DNA from: Phycisphaerae bacterium
GTDB lineage: Bacteria > Planctomycetota > Phycisphaerae > SM23-33
DNA: 64,000 nt
Assembly (NCBI GenBank): GCA_041946855.1
Contig: JBHGBE010000003.1
Span: 47,662-111,661, forward strand
Direction: 5' to 3'
A program made the position numbers and the translations under genes. The notes beneath the pieces are model-generated. The model was not told the DNA's origin. It was given only the letters and a program-made list of their open reading frames with translations, and made no database searches. Of the stretch, positions 1 to 8,766 are shown piece after piece; the stretch's first letter is position 1; every line of letters starts with the position of its first letter.

Positions 1-1
1 C

Positions 2-607
2 GTTGCGATGCCGGGCGCCGTGAACTTCTTTCCGTCCTGGCGCGCCAACCTCCTGAAATACACGGGCGGCTACAGTGCGTTCAACTGCCCGGCCGGCAAG
101 GACCCCACCGAGATGCTCCGCTCCAACGATGACATCAACGACGCCACCGGAAAGTGTACCGACAAGGTGGGCGGCGGAAACAGCGGAGGCGTCGGCATAG
201 TGGTCCAATACTCGCTGCCGGCGTTCCAGACCCTCTGGTACACCGGCGACACATACTCCGGCACTCCCGAGGCGTGCGACGCCTTCCCGACCGCGCCGCA
301 TCTGGCCTGGGACGACTGGGTCAACAGCGTCTACGTGGCCGACTGCCGGCGCGCGGCCTCCAATTCGTGCCTGGCCTATCCGACCCAGGCGCCGTACAAG
401 TCCGGCTCGGCCTACCTCTATGCGCCCAACGACTCTCGCTATGCCATAAGCGCCCGGCGGTTCGCGGACAGGCACCTTGGCGTCAACTGCCTTTTCGGCG
501 GCGGATACGTCCTGAGCTACCGCGCGCAGGACCTCGACGCGATGGAACCAGCCAGGCCCGACTGCGTCTGGAGCACCTTCCGCACCACCGAGTGGGTCGA
601 TCAGTGA
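2..607 (+). CDS. C-terminal fragment (5'-partial) of a DUF1559 / H-X9-DG-like protein of the planctomycete prepilin-type family
   Basis: The reading frame is open from the window edge. The C-terminal motif HLGVNCLFGGGYV resembles the H-X9-DG signature of DUF1559 proteins. Confidence 0.4.
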   Translation, partial: VAMPGAVNFFPSWRANLLKYTGGYSAFNCPAGKDPTEMLRSNDDINDATGKCTDKVGGGNSGGVGIVVQYSLPAFQTLWYTGDTYSGTPEACDAFPTAPHLAWDDWVNSVYVADCRRAASNSCLAYPTQAPYKSGSAYLYAPNDSRYAISARRFADRHLGVNCLFGGGYVLSYRAQDLDAMEPARPDCVWSTFRTTEWVDQ

Positions 608-821
608 CTTGCGCCCGCCGCCTGGCGCAAGGCGTTCCCCCGCCGGCCGATTCCTCCGCGTTATTCCTTGCCCTTGGCCCCGGCGCGCCCTATGATATTC
701 CTGCCGTGCTAGGCGGGGCGCTAGCGGTGCCCTGAGTCCCGAAAGGGATGACCCGCAATCCGCTTCAGCGGGGCCGATATCCGCCGCGGGTTGCTGTCCG
801 CGGGATCATCCGTCTTGCCGG

Positions 822-956
822 CGGCGATGAAGGTTGGGTCCTCTGCAACGTCGTGCCGTGAACCTGGTCAGGTCCGGAAGGAAGCAGCCATAAGCGTGCC
901 AGCGACGTGTGCCGGAGGGTCGCCTGACTGGAGCCGTTCGACCTGGCGGACCCCGT
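822..956 (+). ncRNA. ffs: Signal recognition particle RNA (4.5S/ffs-type)
   Basis: The conserved domain IV motif GGUCAGGUCCGGAAGGAAGCAGCC lies at about 869-892. GCAACG and GUGUGCCGG blocks and the terminal pairing GGGUCC...GGACCC match E. coli 4.5S RNA. The RNA sits immediately upstream of dnaX, as in the conserved ffs-dnaX-ybaB-recR arrangement. The ends are approximate. Confidence 0.75.
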
Positions 957-990
957 GGAAAGCAATTCCAAGCGGAGTGCACGGCATTTT

Positions 991-1117
991 TTGTTGTCGA
1001 TTGACGATTTTCGATTGGCGATTGAACCGCGCGGCCGGCCTCTGGATAATCATCTCCGCGCCGGTTCAAGCGGCGGCATAGGTCAATCGAAAATCGACAA
1101 TCGTAAATCGGCAATCG
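991..1117. repeat. Inverted pair of 7-nt-periodic tandem arrays (GATTGNN units at 991-1027, CAATCNN units at 1079-1117) flanking a roughly 50 bp spacer
   Basis: Direct reading gives tcgattgacgattttcgattggcgattg and, downstream, caatcgaaaatcgacaatcgtaaatcggcaatcg, which is its reverse complement. The element lies between ffs and the dnaX start codon. Confidence 0.8.
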
Positions 1118-1119
1118 CT

Positions 1120-3036
1120 ATGGCCGGATATCTCGTCCTCGCCCGCAAGTACCGCAGCACCACCTTCGACGAAGTCGTGGGCCAGGAGCCCATCGCGCGG
1201 ACGCTGACCAACGCGATCAAGACCGGCCGGGTCGCCCACGCGTACCTTTTCACCGGGACGCGCGGCGTCGGCAAGACGACGATGGCCCGCATCCTGGCCA
1301 AGGCCCTCAACTGTCTGAACTCCGACGGGCCGACCGTCAAGCCCTGCAACAAGTGCGAGTCCTGCCAAGCGATCATGCGCGGGGATGACATCGACGTCAT
1401 CGAGATGGACGGCGCATCGAACCGCGGCATCGACGAGATTCGCGACCTTCGCGCGAACTCCATATTCCGACCGGCGCGCAGCCGCTTCAAGATCTACTAC
1501 ATTGACGAGGTCCACCAGGTCACCAGGGATGCCTTCAACGCACTCTTGAAGACGCTGGAGGAGCCGCCGGAGCACGTGAAGTTCATCTTCGCCACCACAG
1601 AGGCGGAGAAGGTCCCCGCGACGATCCTCTCGCGGTGCCAACGGTACGACTTCCGCAACATCCCGTCGCGCAAGATCGCCGCGCACCTGAAGGAGCTGTG
1701 CAAGGCCGAGAACGTCGAGGTGGACGATGACGCCCTCTTTCGCGTGGCGCGAGCGGGGGCCGGGTCGATGCGGGATGCCCTGAGCCTGCTGGACCAGCTC
1801 ATCGCGGCCGGCGCTGGAAAGGTGGCCGACGCCGACGTGGTGCGACTCCTGGGCACGCCGGCGGAGGAAAAGACGCTGGCCATCGTGACGGCCATCGCCG
1901 CTAGCGACGCGGCCGCGGCGCTTAAGGGACTCAACGAGGTGATCGAAAGCGGCATTTCGCTGGCCAGCGCGGCTGCCGCAATTGGCGACATCTTCCGCAA
2001 CATGATGCTGGCCTCCACGTGCGGCGCGGACAGTGATCTGATCGAGCTGCCGGACACGCAGCGTGCGGCCGTCGGAGAGCTGGCGAAGAAGTTCACCACG
2101 CCGGCCATCGTGCAGATGGTCGGCCTGTGGCAGTCGCTACAGTACAAGTTGCGCGGCACGAGCGTCGCGCGGGCGCTGATGGAGGCGGCGCTTGTGCGGC
2201 TGGCGATGGCGGACAAGTTCGTGGACCCCGCGAGCCTGCTCGAGCGCCTGGAGGCGATCGGCGGTGGCGTGGGCGTGCCGCCCGCGAGTCGAGCCGGCGT
2301 CTCGCCGGCTTCCGGGCCGGCCGCGGCGCCGACACGATACGGCCTGTCGCCCTCCTCGGCGGCGAACTTAAAAAGAAACTTCGCGGTGAGCCTGGCCGCG
2401 GGACTTAGCGCGCCCCCGGTCGGCGCAGGCCCCAGCGTCTCCACGCCGGCCCCGTCCGCCGGCCCGCTCCCGTCGACGACAACTCCTCCCCTGCCTTCAA
2501 GCGCGCCGGCGACGCCGATCCAGTGGAACCTGGCCTGGCTGGCCGCCAACTGGCCGCGGGTGATCGAAGGTCTGACCGCCGCTCGTCAAATGCAGGTGGC
2601 GGGCCTCTTGCGCGTGGCGACGGTGAAGTCGTTCGATGGCGCGGCGCTGGCGCTAGGCTTCGACGTGGCCAACGAGACGCTCCGCCAGCGCGCCGCCGCG
2701 ATGGCCACAACCGTCAACGCTGCGCTGTCCGCAATGGCGGGCCGAGACATCCGCTGCGATTTTCTAAGCACGGTCAACGGGACCGCGCCGGGCGCCGCGC
2801 GTCCCGCCATGGCCGGCGCATCGCCTGCCGGAGGCACCGGCTTCTCTACCGGCGCAGCGGGCAATGGGGCGGGCTTCGCCAACGGCCGGCCCGCCCGCGC
2901 CATGCCCGTCCTAAGCACGGCCGAGAAGGCCGAGATCATGAAGGACCCCGCAGTCCAGGCTGTACTATCCGCCTTTGGCGGGGAGGTGGTTGACATCCGC
3001 AAGGACGCGGCAGTCGCCGACGCTCCGGAAGAGTGA
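1120..3036 (+). CDS. dnaX: DNA polymerase III subunit gamma/tau
   Basis: The N-terminus MAGYLVLARKYRSTTFDEVVGQE, the Walker A motif GTRGVGKTT, the Zn-finger cysteines CNKCESC and the full AAA+ clamp-loader domains are present. The 955 start in the ORF track is an upstream artefact that reads through the repeat and the 3' end of ffs. Confidence 0.95.
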   Translation: MAGYLVLARKYRSTTFDEVVGQEPIARTLTNAIKTGRVAHAYLFTGTRGVGKTTMARILAKALNCLNSDGPTVKPCNKCESCQAIMRGDDIDVIEMDGASNRGIDEIRDLRANSIFRPARSRFKIYYIDEVHQVTRDAFNALLKTLEEPPEHVKFIFATTEAEKVPATILSRCQRYDFRNIPSRKIAAHLKELCKAENVEVDDDALFRVARAGAGSMRDALSLLDQLIAAGAGKVADADVVRLLGTPAEEKTLAIVTAIAASDAAAALKGLNEVIESGISLASAAAAIGDIFRNMMLASTCGADSDLIELPDTQRAAVGELAKKFTTPAIVQMVGLWQSLQYKLRGTSVARALMEAALVRLAMADKFVDPASLLERLEAIGGGVGVPPASRAGVSPASGPAAAPTRYGLSPSSAANLKRNFAVSLAAGLSAPPVGAGPSVSTPAPSAGPLPSTTTPPLPSSAPATPIQWNLAWLAANWPRVIEGLTAARQMQVAGLLRVATVKSFDGAALALGFDVANETLRQRAAAMATTVNAALSAMAGRDIRCDFLSTVNGTAPGAARPAMAGASPAGGTGFSTGAAGNGAGFANGRPARAMPVLSTAEKAEIMKDPAVQAVLSAFGGEVVDIRKDAAVADAPEE

Positions 3037-3087
3037 CATTGTTTGGGGTCCGGTGGCTATAATCCAACCGAACCTGTGAGGTAACCT

Positions 3088-3411
3088 ATGTTCGGCGACA
3101 TTGGAAAGATGTTCAAGCTGGCCGGCGAGATGAAGCGGAAGATGCCCGAAGTGCAGGCGAGGCTGGCCTCCAGCACTTACACGGCCGACGCCGGCGGCGG
3201 GGCGGTGTCGGCCACAGTCAACGGCAGGCTGGCCCTGGTGGATGTGAAAATCGCCCCGGCCGTCCTGGCCGACTGCGACGCCGCCATGCTCGAGGACCTG
3301 GTCAAGGCCGCCGTGGCGGCCGCTCAGGACAAGGCCGCTCGCGCCGCCGCGGAGGCCATGAAGGAACTGACCGGCGGTATGCCTCTGCCTGGGCTGGAGG
3401 GGATGTTCTGA
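3088..3411 (+). CDS. ybaB: Nucleoid-associated protein YbaB/EbfC
   Basis: The protein is 107 aa with the typical YbaB sequence and lies between dnaX and recR. Confidence 0.85.
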   Translation: MFGDIGKMFKLAGEMKRKMPEVQARLASSTYTADAGGGAVSATVNGRLALVDVKIAPAVLADCDAAMLEDLVKAAVAAAQDKAARAAAEAMKELTGGMPLPGLEGMF

Positions 3412-4011
3412 TTGGCCGGATATCCGCACATAATAGAACGTCTCATAGCGGAACTCGGCCGCCTGCCCGGCATAGGGGCGCGGTCCGCCGAGCGGCTGGC
3501 GTTCCACATCCTCAAGACGACGGATGTCGAGGCGCTGGGCCTGGCCGACGCCATCCGCGACGTGAAGACCAAGGTTCGCCCATGCACGCGGTGCTTCAAC
3601 ATCGCCGAGGGCGAGCTTTGCGACATCTGCGCCGACCCGCGGCGCGACACGAGCGTCTTGGCGGTGGTCGAGCAGCCCAAGGACCTGCTTGCGCTGGAAT
3701 CGACCGGGGCGTACCGCGGCCTCTACCACGTGCTGATGGGCCACATCGCACCGCTTGAGGGCGTGGACGCCGAGCACCTGACCATCGACGCGCTGGTGGC
3801 CCGCGTCAAGGCCGGCGGCGTCAGCGAGATCATCCTCGCCACCAACCCCAACGTCTCCGGCGACGGCACGTCGCTGCACATCGCCTCCCTGCTGGAGCCG
3901 CTGGGCGTGAAGATCACGCGCTTGGCCCGCGGCCTGCCCGCCGGCGGACAGATCGAGTACGCCAGCAAGTCGATACTCACAGACGCGATCACGGAGAGGA
4001 AGAAGCTGTGA
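3412..4011 (+). CDS. recR: Recombination protein RecR
   Basis: The HhH motif, the C4 zinc finger CTRCFNIAEGELCDIC and a Toprim domain are present. The start is TTG, overlapping the ybaB stop. Confidence 0.95.
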   Translation: MAGYPHIIERLIAELGRLPGIGARSAERLAFHILKTTDVEALGLADAIRDVKTKVRPCTRCFNIAEGELCDICADPRRDTSVLAVVEQPKDLLALESTGAYRGLYHVLMGHIAPLEGVDAEHLTIDALVARVKAGGVSEIILATNPNVSGDGTSLHIASLLEPLGVKITRLARGLPAGGQIEYASKSILTDAITERKKL

Positions 4012-4016
4012 ACTGC

Positions 4017-4048
4017 CGATTGTAGATTGCAGATTGCAGATTGAACTG
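4017..4048. repeat. 7-nt tandem array (gattgta gattgca gattgca gattgaa)
   Basis: Direct reading shows the array between the convergent recR and XRE genes. Confidence 0.8.
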
Positions 4049-4052
4049 CGGG

Positions 4053-4325
4053 TCACTTCCCCGCCAACGCCCGCTCAATCTTCAGCAAGGTTTCCTGCCG
4101 AGGAACATGCTTTCCCGACTCGATGCGGCTGATCGTCTCCAGGCGGACGCCGGCGCGGCGGGCCAGTTCGGTCTGCGTCCAGCCGCGACGGATGCGGGCC
4201 TCGGCCAAGTCGCGTGCGATTGAGACATTTATGGCCTCGCGCGCTGGAAAGTTGCCGTTCGCGTCGGCGCGCGGATATTGGGGCAACGCCTTGGCCATTG
4301 GCACAATGATAGCAATAGCATCCAA
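4053..4325 (-). CDS. XRE-family helix-turn-helix transcriptional regulator
   Basis: The HTH_XRE core WTQTELARRAGVRLETISRIESGKHVP is present. The gene diverges from the methyltransferase-UbiA gene. Confidence 0.7.
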   Translation of the reverse strand: MDAIAIIVPMAKALPQYPRADANGNFPAREAINVSIARDLAEARIRRGWTQTELARRAGVRLETISRIESGKHVPRQETLLKIERALAGK

Positions 4326-4441
4326 AGCTATAACACACGCAGATTATAATCCCCCGCGTGGAATCTGCGGAGAGACCTTGTGAGCATTCTGGCAACAACA
4401 AAAGGCACTGGCCCGCCCTCGCGTTCCGCATCGTCTCGATC

Positions 4442-6205
4442 ATGTTCCGCCATCCGCAGCGGACGGACGAACTGGTCAGCCGCAGCTATGATCGCATCGC
4501 GAGCGGGTATGAACGCGCGTGGACGGACCACAACCGCGGCCTGTCAGTCGAGATGCTGGACCAGCTCGGAGTCCAGCAGGGCGCGGAATGCATCGACCTG
4601 ACGTGCGGGACGGGGTCTGTGGCCGGCGAGCTCAAGCGGCGCGGTGCCGGCCGTGTCGTCGGCGTGGATGCCTCCGAGGGGATGCTCGCCGAGGCAAGGA
4701 AGAACCACCACGACTGCACGTTCATCCAGAGCGACGCGGTTGACTACCTGCGGTCCTGTCCGGCGCAGAGCGCCGACGTCGTGACGTGCGCATGGGGCCT
4801 GGGCTACACACGGCCGTGGGCGGTCATCAGGCAAATCGCCCGCGTCCTCCGACCCGGCGGCCGGGTGGGCATTATCGACAACGGCCTGTTCTCGCTTGCC
4901 GAGGTGCTTTGGTCGGCGATGCTCGCCTTCGCCGAGCGCCCATCCTCCCTGGCTCACGTGATGAACTTCCGCTTTTTGCCGACCTCCGGCGCGATGGCGA
5001 CACTGATGCGCCTCGCCGGCTTTTCGGTGCGGAGGCAATGGAGCGGCAAGTGGACCTACTTCGTTCGCGACGGCCGGGCGGCCATCGAGCGCCTCACCGC
5101 GACCGGCGCGGCCGCCGGCTTCGAGTTCGCCGCGACGGACAGCGAGCGCGACGCAGTCTTCGACCGCTTCGCCCAGATCCTCGAGGCACGGTTCGCAACG
5201 TCGCACGGAGTGCCGATTACGCATCGGTACATTGCGGCAATCGGGCAGAAGCCGATTTCGGATTTCGGAATTCGGATTTCGGATTCCTGCGGTTGGCGGA
5301 CAAGGCGCCGTGCATGGCAATCCGAAATCCGAAATGGTGGTCGGAGGAATCTCTCGATGAAGGCAGGGCCGCTCTTCAATCTGGCGCGCCTCTGCCGCCT
5401 GTACTACGCAGCGCCCATGTCATTGGCATACCTGCTGACCGTCTACTACGCCCGCGGAGGGGACATGGCCGGCCAGTGGCCCGCCGCGGCCCTTTCGACG
5501 GCCTTGCTGGCGATGGTCATAGCGGGCGGCTACGCGCTCAACGACTACTACGACCGCCGGGTGGACCTCGCCAACGCCCCCGCACGGCCGATACCTGCCG
5601 GGCGGGTCAGCCCGCGCGCCGCGATGCTGACGGGCGTGCTGCTGATAGTGGCCGGCGCAGGCCTGGCGCGGCTGTGCAGCCTGTGGTTCTTTGTCGGCTT
5701 GACGTGGCTTGCCGTGGCGCTGACCGTGTACGACATCCTCTCGAAGCGCCTGGGCCCGGCCAAGCAGGTCGCCGTCGCGGCGCTGATGACGAGCATCTAC
5801 CCGTTGGCGATCGCGCAGGCAGGCACGGCCGCCGGGCCGCGTGCGGCGACGCTGGCGGTCTTCCCCGCGTGGCTGTTCCTGACGAGCCTGGGCTACGAGA
5901 CGCTCAAGGACATCCGCGACGTCTCCGGCGATCCGCTCATCGCCGGCCGGCCCTCGCCCATCCGCCGCAGGCCGGGCATGTGGCGGGCAATCTCCCGCAT
6001 CGCCGTCCTCTGCGGCGCGGCGCTCCTCGTCGGGCCGTTCATACTCGGCTGCAAGTGGGTCTACATGGCCGGCGCGGGCGTCGCGATGGCGCTGGCCGTC
6101 GCTGCCGCCTTCGTCCCCGTGCGGACCGCGATTCGCCTGGTCTACGCGGAGTGCTTCATCGTCGGCCTCGCCGCCGCCTTGGACGTGCTTGTTTTTGGGG
6201 TCTGA
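4442..6205 (+). CDS. Class I SAM-dependent methyltransferase fused in frame to a UbiA-family prenyltransferase
   Basis: The N-terminal part carries a Rossmann methyltransferase motif (IDLTCGTGSVAGEL...VLRPGG). The C-terminal part carries the UbiA motifs NDYYDRRVD and YETLKDIRDVSGD plus several TM helices. The two halves are joined by the 7-mer repeat at 5254-5337. There is no in-frame stop, but an internal ATG at 5357 is preceded by GGAGGA, so separate expression of the UbiA half is possible. The upstream start is uncertain (4358 or 4442). Confidence 0.55.
   Translation: MFRHPQRTDELVSRSYDRIASGYERAWTDHNRGLSVEMLDQLGVQQGAECIDLTCGTGSVAGELKRRGAGRVVGVDASEGMLAEARKNHHDCTFIQSDAVDYLRSCPAQSADVVTCAWGLGYTRPWAVIRQIARVLRPGGRVGIIDNGLFSLAEVLWSAMLAFAERPSSLAHVMNFRFLPTSGAMATLMRLAGFSVRRQWSGKWTYFVRDGRAAIERLTATGAAAGFEFAATDSERDAVFDRFAQILEARFATSHGVPITHRYIAAIGQKPISDFGIRISDSCGWRTRRRAWQSEIRNGGRRNLSMKAGPLFNLARLCRLYYAAPMSLAYLLTVYYARGGDMAGQWPAAALSTALLAMVIAGGYALNDYYDRRVDLANAPARPIPAGRVSPRAAMLTGVLLIVAGAGLARLCSLWFFVGLTWLAVALTVYDILSKRLGPAKQVAVAALMTSIYPLAIAQAGTAAGPRAATLAVFPAWLFLTSLGYETLKDIRDVSGDPLIAGRPSPIRRRPGMWRAISRIAVLCGAALLVGPFILGCKWVYMAGAGVAMALAVAAAFVPVRTAIRLVYAECFIVGLAAALDVLVFGV
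5254..5337. repeat. Inverted pair of 7-nt arrays (cgatttcggatttcggaattcggatttcggattc ... caatccgaaatccgaaatgg), located intragenically in frame
   Basis: Direct reading shows the element at the methyltransferase/UbiA domain junction. Confidence 0.8.
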
Positions 6206-6231
6206 AGACTCACCACAAAGGGCACGAAGTC

Positions 6232-7472
6232 TCAAAGGAGCTGCTTACTACTTTGGTGTTCTTCGTACCCTTTGTGGTGAATCCTTTTCTTATCCTTCAG
6301 CAGTCTCCGGTACACCTCCGGCATTGGCTCGCCAGGCCCGCGCGCCGGGCACATGACCTCGCTCCGCTCGCGAGGCAGAGGAAGCCCGCACGCCCCGTCG
6401 AACTTGCCCGCGATGCGGCCCATGAGGCACCCGCAGCGCGGGCGCGAGAACCACTGGCCCATCCGCCGCCAGATTTCGGCCAGCGGCTCGGCCGTCGCGT
6501 TCCCGAATGAAAGCGGCGTCAGGTCGCAAGGGCAGACCTCGCCGCCAGAGTCGATGAACAGGTGGTGGTAGCCCGCCCCGCAGCCGAACATCGCGTCCGA
6601 CTCCAGGTACGCGAAGCTCGCGACGGCCGGCCGCCCGCGCCCGCAGTTGTGCCGCACGTGAAAGTCGTACAGCGCCTGCCGCTCGTCGCCCGTGAGCATA
6701 AGCGCCGCGCACCCGGCCGCCTGCCCTGTCGCCACAGGCGCTAGCAGCCGGAACTCGACAGCGCCCCAGCCATCGGCCAGCTTGTACATCGTGTCCAGTT
6801 CGCCCGAGGCGATCTTCTCGCGCGTGCCGATAGTCGATATCGCGGCATACAGGCCCGCGTCGCGGCAGGCACGCACCGCGTCCATCGCTTCCGTGAACGA
6901 TCCGCGCGCGCCGCGGACCTCGTCGTGCCGCAAGGGGTCGGCCGACTCTATGCCCACGGTCACGCACGCCACGCCCGCCTCGGCCAGCCGGCGGGCACGG
7001 GCCGCATCCAGGCGATGGCCGGTGGTGAAGACAATCGTCGCCATCTCCGGCCGGCACGCGGAGGCGAGTTCCTCCAGGTCATCGCGCAGGAGCGGCTCGC
7101 CGCCCGTGAATCCAAGCGTGCAGGTCCCAAGGGCCTTGATCTGCGATATCAGGTCGAGCATTTGGCCGCGCGTAAGCTGGCCGCCGCGCCGCCGGCCGTA
7201 GGAGCAGTGGGGGCAGCGGAACGGGCAGCCCGATGTCGCCGCCAGGTACGTCGAGAACGGCACGCGCCTCCGCCCGATGACCGCGCGGAGGAACCGCCCG
7301 AACGCCTCCGACGGGTGCGGCGGGAAAAACGTGTTGATCCGCATCTGCCCGCCGAAGTGGTGCGGCTTCTCGTTCCGCATCCGCCGCAGAAGATACCACA
7401 GGTGCCTCGCCGGCAGCCTCCCGACGGCCGGGAGGAACATCCGGGCGATGTGGAAATAGTCACGGAGCTTCA
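6232..7472 (-). CDS. Radical SAM protein with a C-terminal SPASM/twitch-like Cys-rich domain
   Basis: The CxxxCxxC motif appears as CPFRCPHCSY. The C-terminal Cys cluster is CGAGYHHLFIDSGGEVCPCD...PRCGC. The ATG start at 7472 overlaps the stop of the upstream membrane-protein gene (ATGA). Confidence 0.8.
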
Positions 7473-8015
7473 TGTGGGCCCTTCGGGCATCGCGCTCGTC
7501 TTGAACGCGACCTTTACAGCCAGTTGCAGTGCGATGCCGAACAACGTGCCGACGATCGCGCCTGCGGGCAGACCTAGGACTATCGCGAACATCGCCAAGC
7601 ACCAGACCTCGACATCCTGGCCGATAACTGATTGCAGGACCCAGTGAAGGATGATAGTAGCGGCCACCCCGACCGAGGCGCCGGCGGCCGCGCCGGCCCA
7701 CGTGAGCTTACCTTCGGTGCTTCTTGCCTTCCTCTCGCGCCTGACCGCGAAGGGGACCATGATGATGCACCAGAGCGAACTCGCAAGGAGGCCCAGGCAA
7801 AGCCCAGCCCTGACCCCTGTGTCATCGAGTGCCTGCTCAAATGATACCGGATCGTCGAAAGTCGCCGTGTGTGATGCGTAGGGAATGTAGAGGGTGATCC
7901 TGTAGTAGGCGGATGCGAAGGATCCGATCAGCCCGGTTATCGGCGTAACGACGACAACCACCGCCGCAACAAGGAACGCCAGCGGCCAGCGGCGGAATGC
8001 CTGTTGCTGATCCAC
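7470..8015 (-). CDS. Small polytopic membrane protein (paralog of the upstream gene)
   Basis: The protein has about 4 TM helices. A GTG start at 8015 overlaps the stop of the upstream paralog, and the stop overlaps the radical SAM start. The start codon is uncertain. Confidence 0.4.
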   Translation of the reverse strand: MDQQQAFRRWPLAFLVAAVVVVVTPITGLIGSFASAYYRITLYIPYASHTATFDDPVSFEQALDDTGVRAGLCLGLLASSLWCIIMVPFAVRRERKARSTEGKLTWAGAAAGASVGVAATIILHWVLQSVIGQDVEVWCLAMFAIVLGLPAGAIVGTLFGIALQLAVKVAFKTSAMPEGPT

Positions 8016-8497
8016 TATCCCCTTCTCCGCACCGCCAGCCACGCCGCCAATGCACAGAGCCCGCCGCACACCAATCCCACGACCACGCCCGCCGGCGCGC
8101 CGAAGACCAGCGCGGCAAGCAGGCCATTGGCCCTGACTTGCCCCAGGAATGCCCACAGCCCCACATGGACGCACAGTGCGCTTGCGCTGCCGACGGCCGT
8201 GCCCCAGCCAAGGCCAAGGACCATGACGACGCCCGCCCTTCCTTGGCTCACCAGGCGCAGCGAGGCGCGGAACATCAGCCGGCACCAGACAAGGCCCGCT
8301 GCCAGGCCAAGCAGGCCGCCGATCAAGCCCCCGAAGTGGGCCAGGCCAAGGGCACGGCCATCCGGCGCATCGTATATGGCTGTTGCCAGCATGCCGAAGA
8401 ACGCGCCGGTGAGCGTTCCTGCGAAGCAAACGAAGACGCCCAGTATTGTCAACGGCCACATGCTGTGCCTGGACGTGATATCAGCCGATGGTTCCAT
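8015..8497 (-). CDS. Small polytopic membrane protein (paralog)
   Basis: The protein has about 4 TM helices and is Gly/Ala/Leu-rich. Its WPL...GxxxG pattern is shared with the 7470-8015 product. It is the first gene of an apparent three-gene operon. Confidence 0.4.
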   Translation of the reverse strand: MEPSADITSRHSMWPLTILGVFVCFAGTLTGAFFGMLATAIYDAPDGRALGLAHFGGLIGGLLGLAAGLVWCRLMFRASLRLVSQGRAGVVMVLGLGWGTAVGSASALCVHVGLWAFLGQVRANGLLAALVFGAPAGVVVGLVCGGLCALAAWLAVRRRG

Positions 8498-8558
8498 GGA
8501 TCACCTCTGGCCGCGCTAGGCGCGCGACGGTACTCTACCGCGCCAAGGGCGCTACTTC

Positions 8559-8677
8559 TATGGAGTGCGGCGGCACAGTCCCGGAGGGACTCGACGCCGC
8601 TTTCGTATTCTCCGTCGTTCAGGAGGCGAGTCATAGCGGCGTCGCGTCGCTTCGCGTCTTTGCCGCCGCACTCCATA
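8559..8677. repeat. GC-rich palindromic element, copy 1 (intergenic)
   Basis: The terminal inverted repeats are ATGGAGTGCGGCGGCACAGTC ... TTTGCCGCCGCACTCCATAG, with an internal imperfect palindrome CGACGCCGCTTTCG/CGAAGCGACGCGACGCCGC. The copy lies in the divergent promoter region between the membrane/radical SAM operon and rpoN. Confidence 0.8.
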
Positions 8678-8766
8678 GGAATGCCCCTTGTGATCTTCGT
8701 GCCCTTTGTGGTGAAGCATCCCCGGCCGTTGTCCGATTCTGATTCAAGGCGTAGAATGGAATCGTC

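Noticed and set aside
955-1119. N-terminal 55 aa extension of the dnaX ORF (MESNSKRSARHFLLSIDDFRLAIEP...)
   Set aside because: It is translated from the 3' end of the SRP RNA and the heptamer repeat. The conserved DnaX N-terminus begins at the ATG at 1120.
2365-2380. A-rich CUUAAAAAGAAAC at the position where E. coli dnaX has its -1 frameshift site
   Set aside because: The zero-frame codons are UUA AAA AGA, so the canonical X XXY YYZ heptamer (A AAA AAG) is not present. A run of five A is also too short for Thermus-type transcriptional slippage. I make no gamma-subunit recoding claim.
4358-4441. Upstream start (MESAERPCEHSGNNKRHWP...) for the methyltransferase
   Set aside because: The methyltransferase domain alignment begins near the ATG at 4442. 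The upstream codons overlap the divergent XRE promoter region. This remains uncertain.
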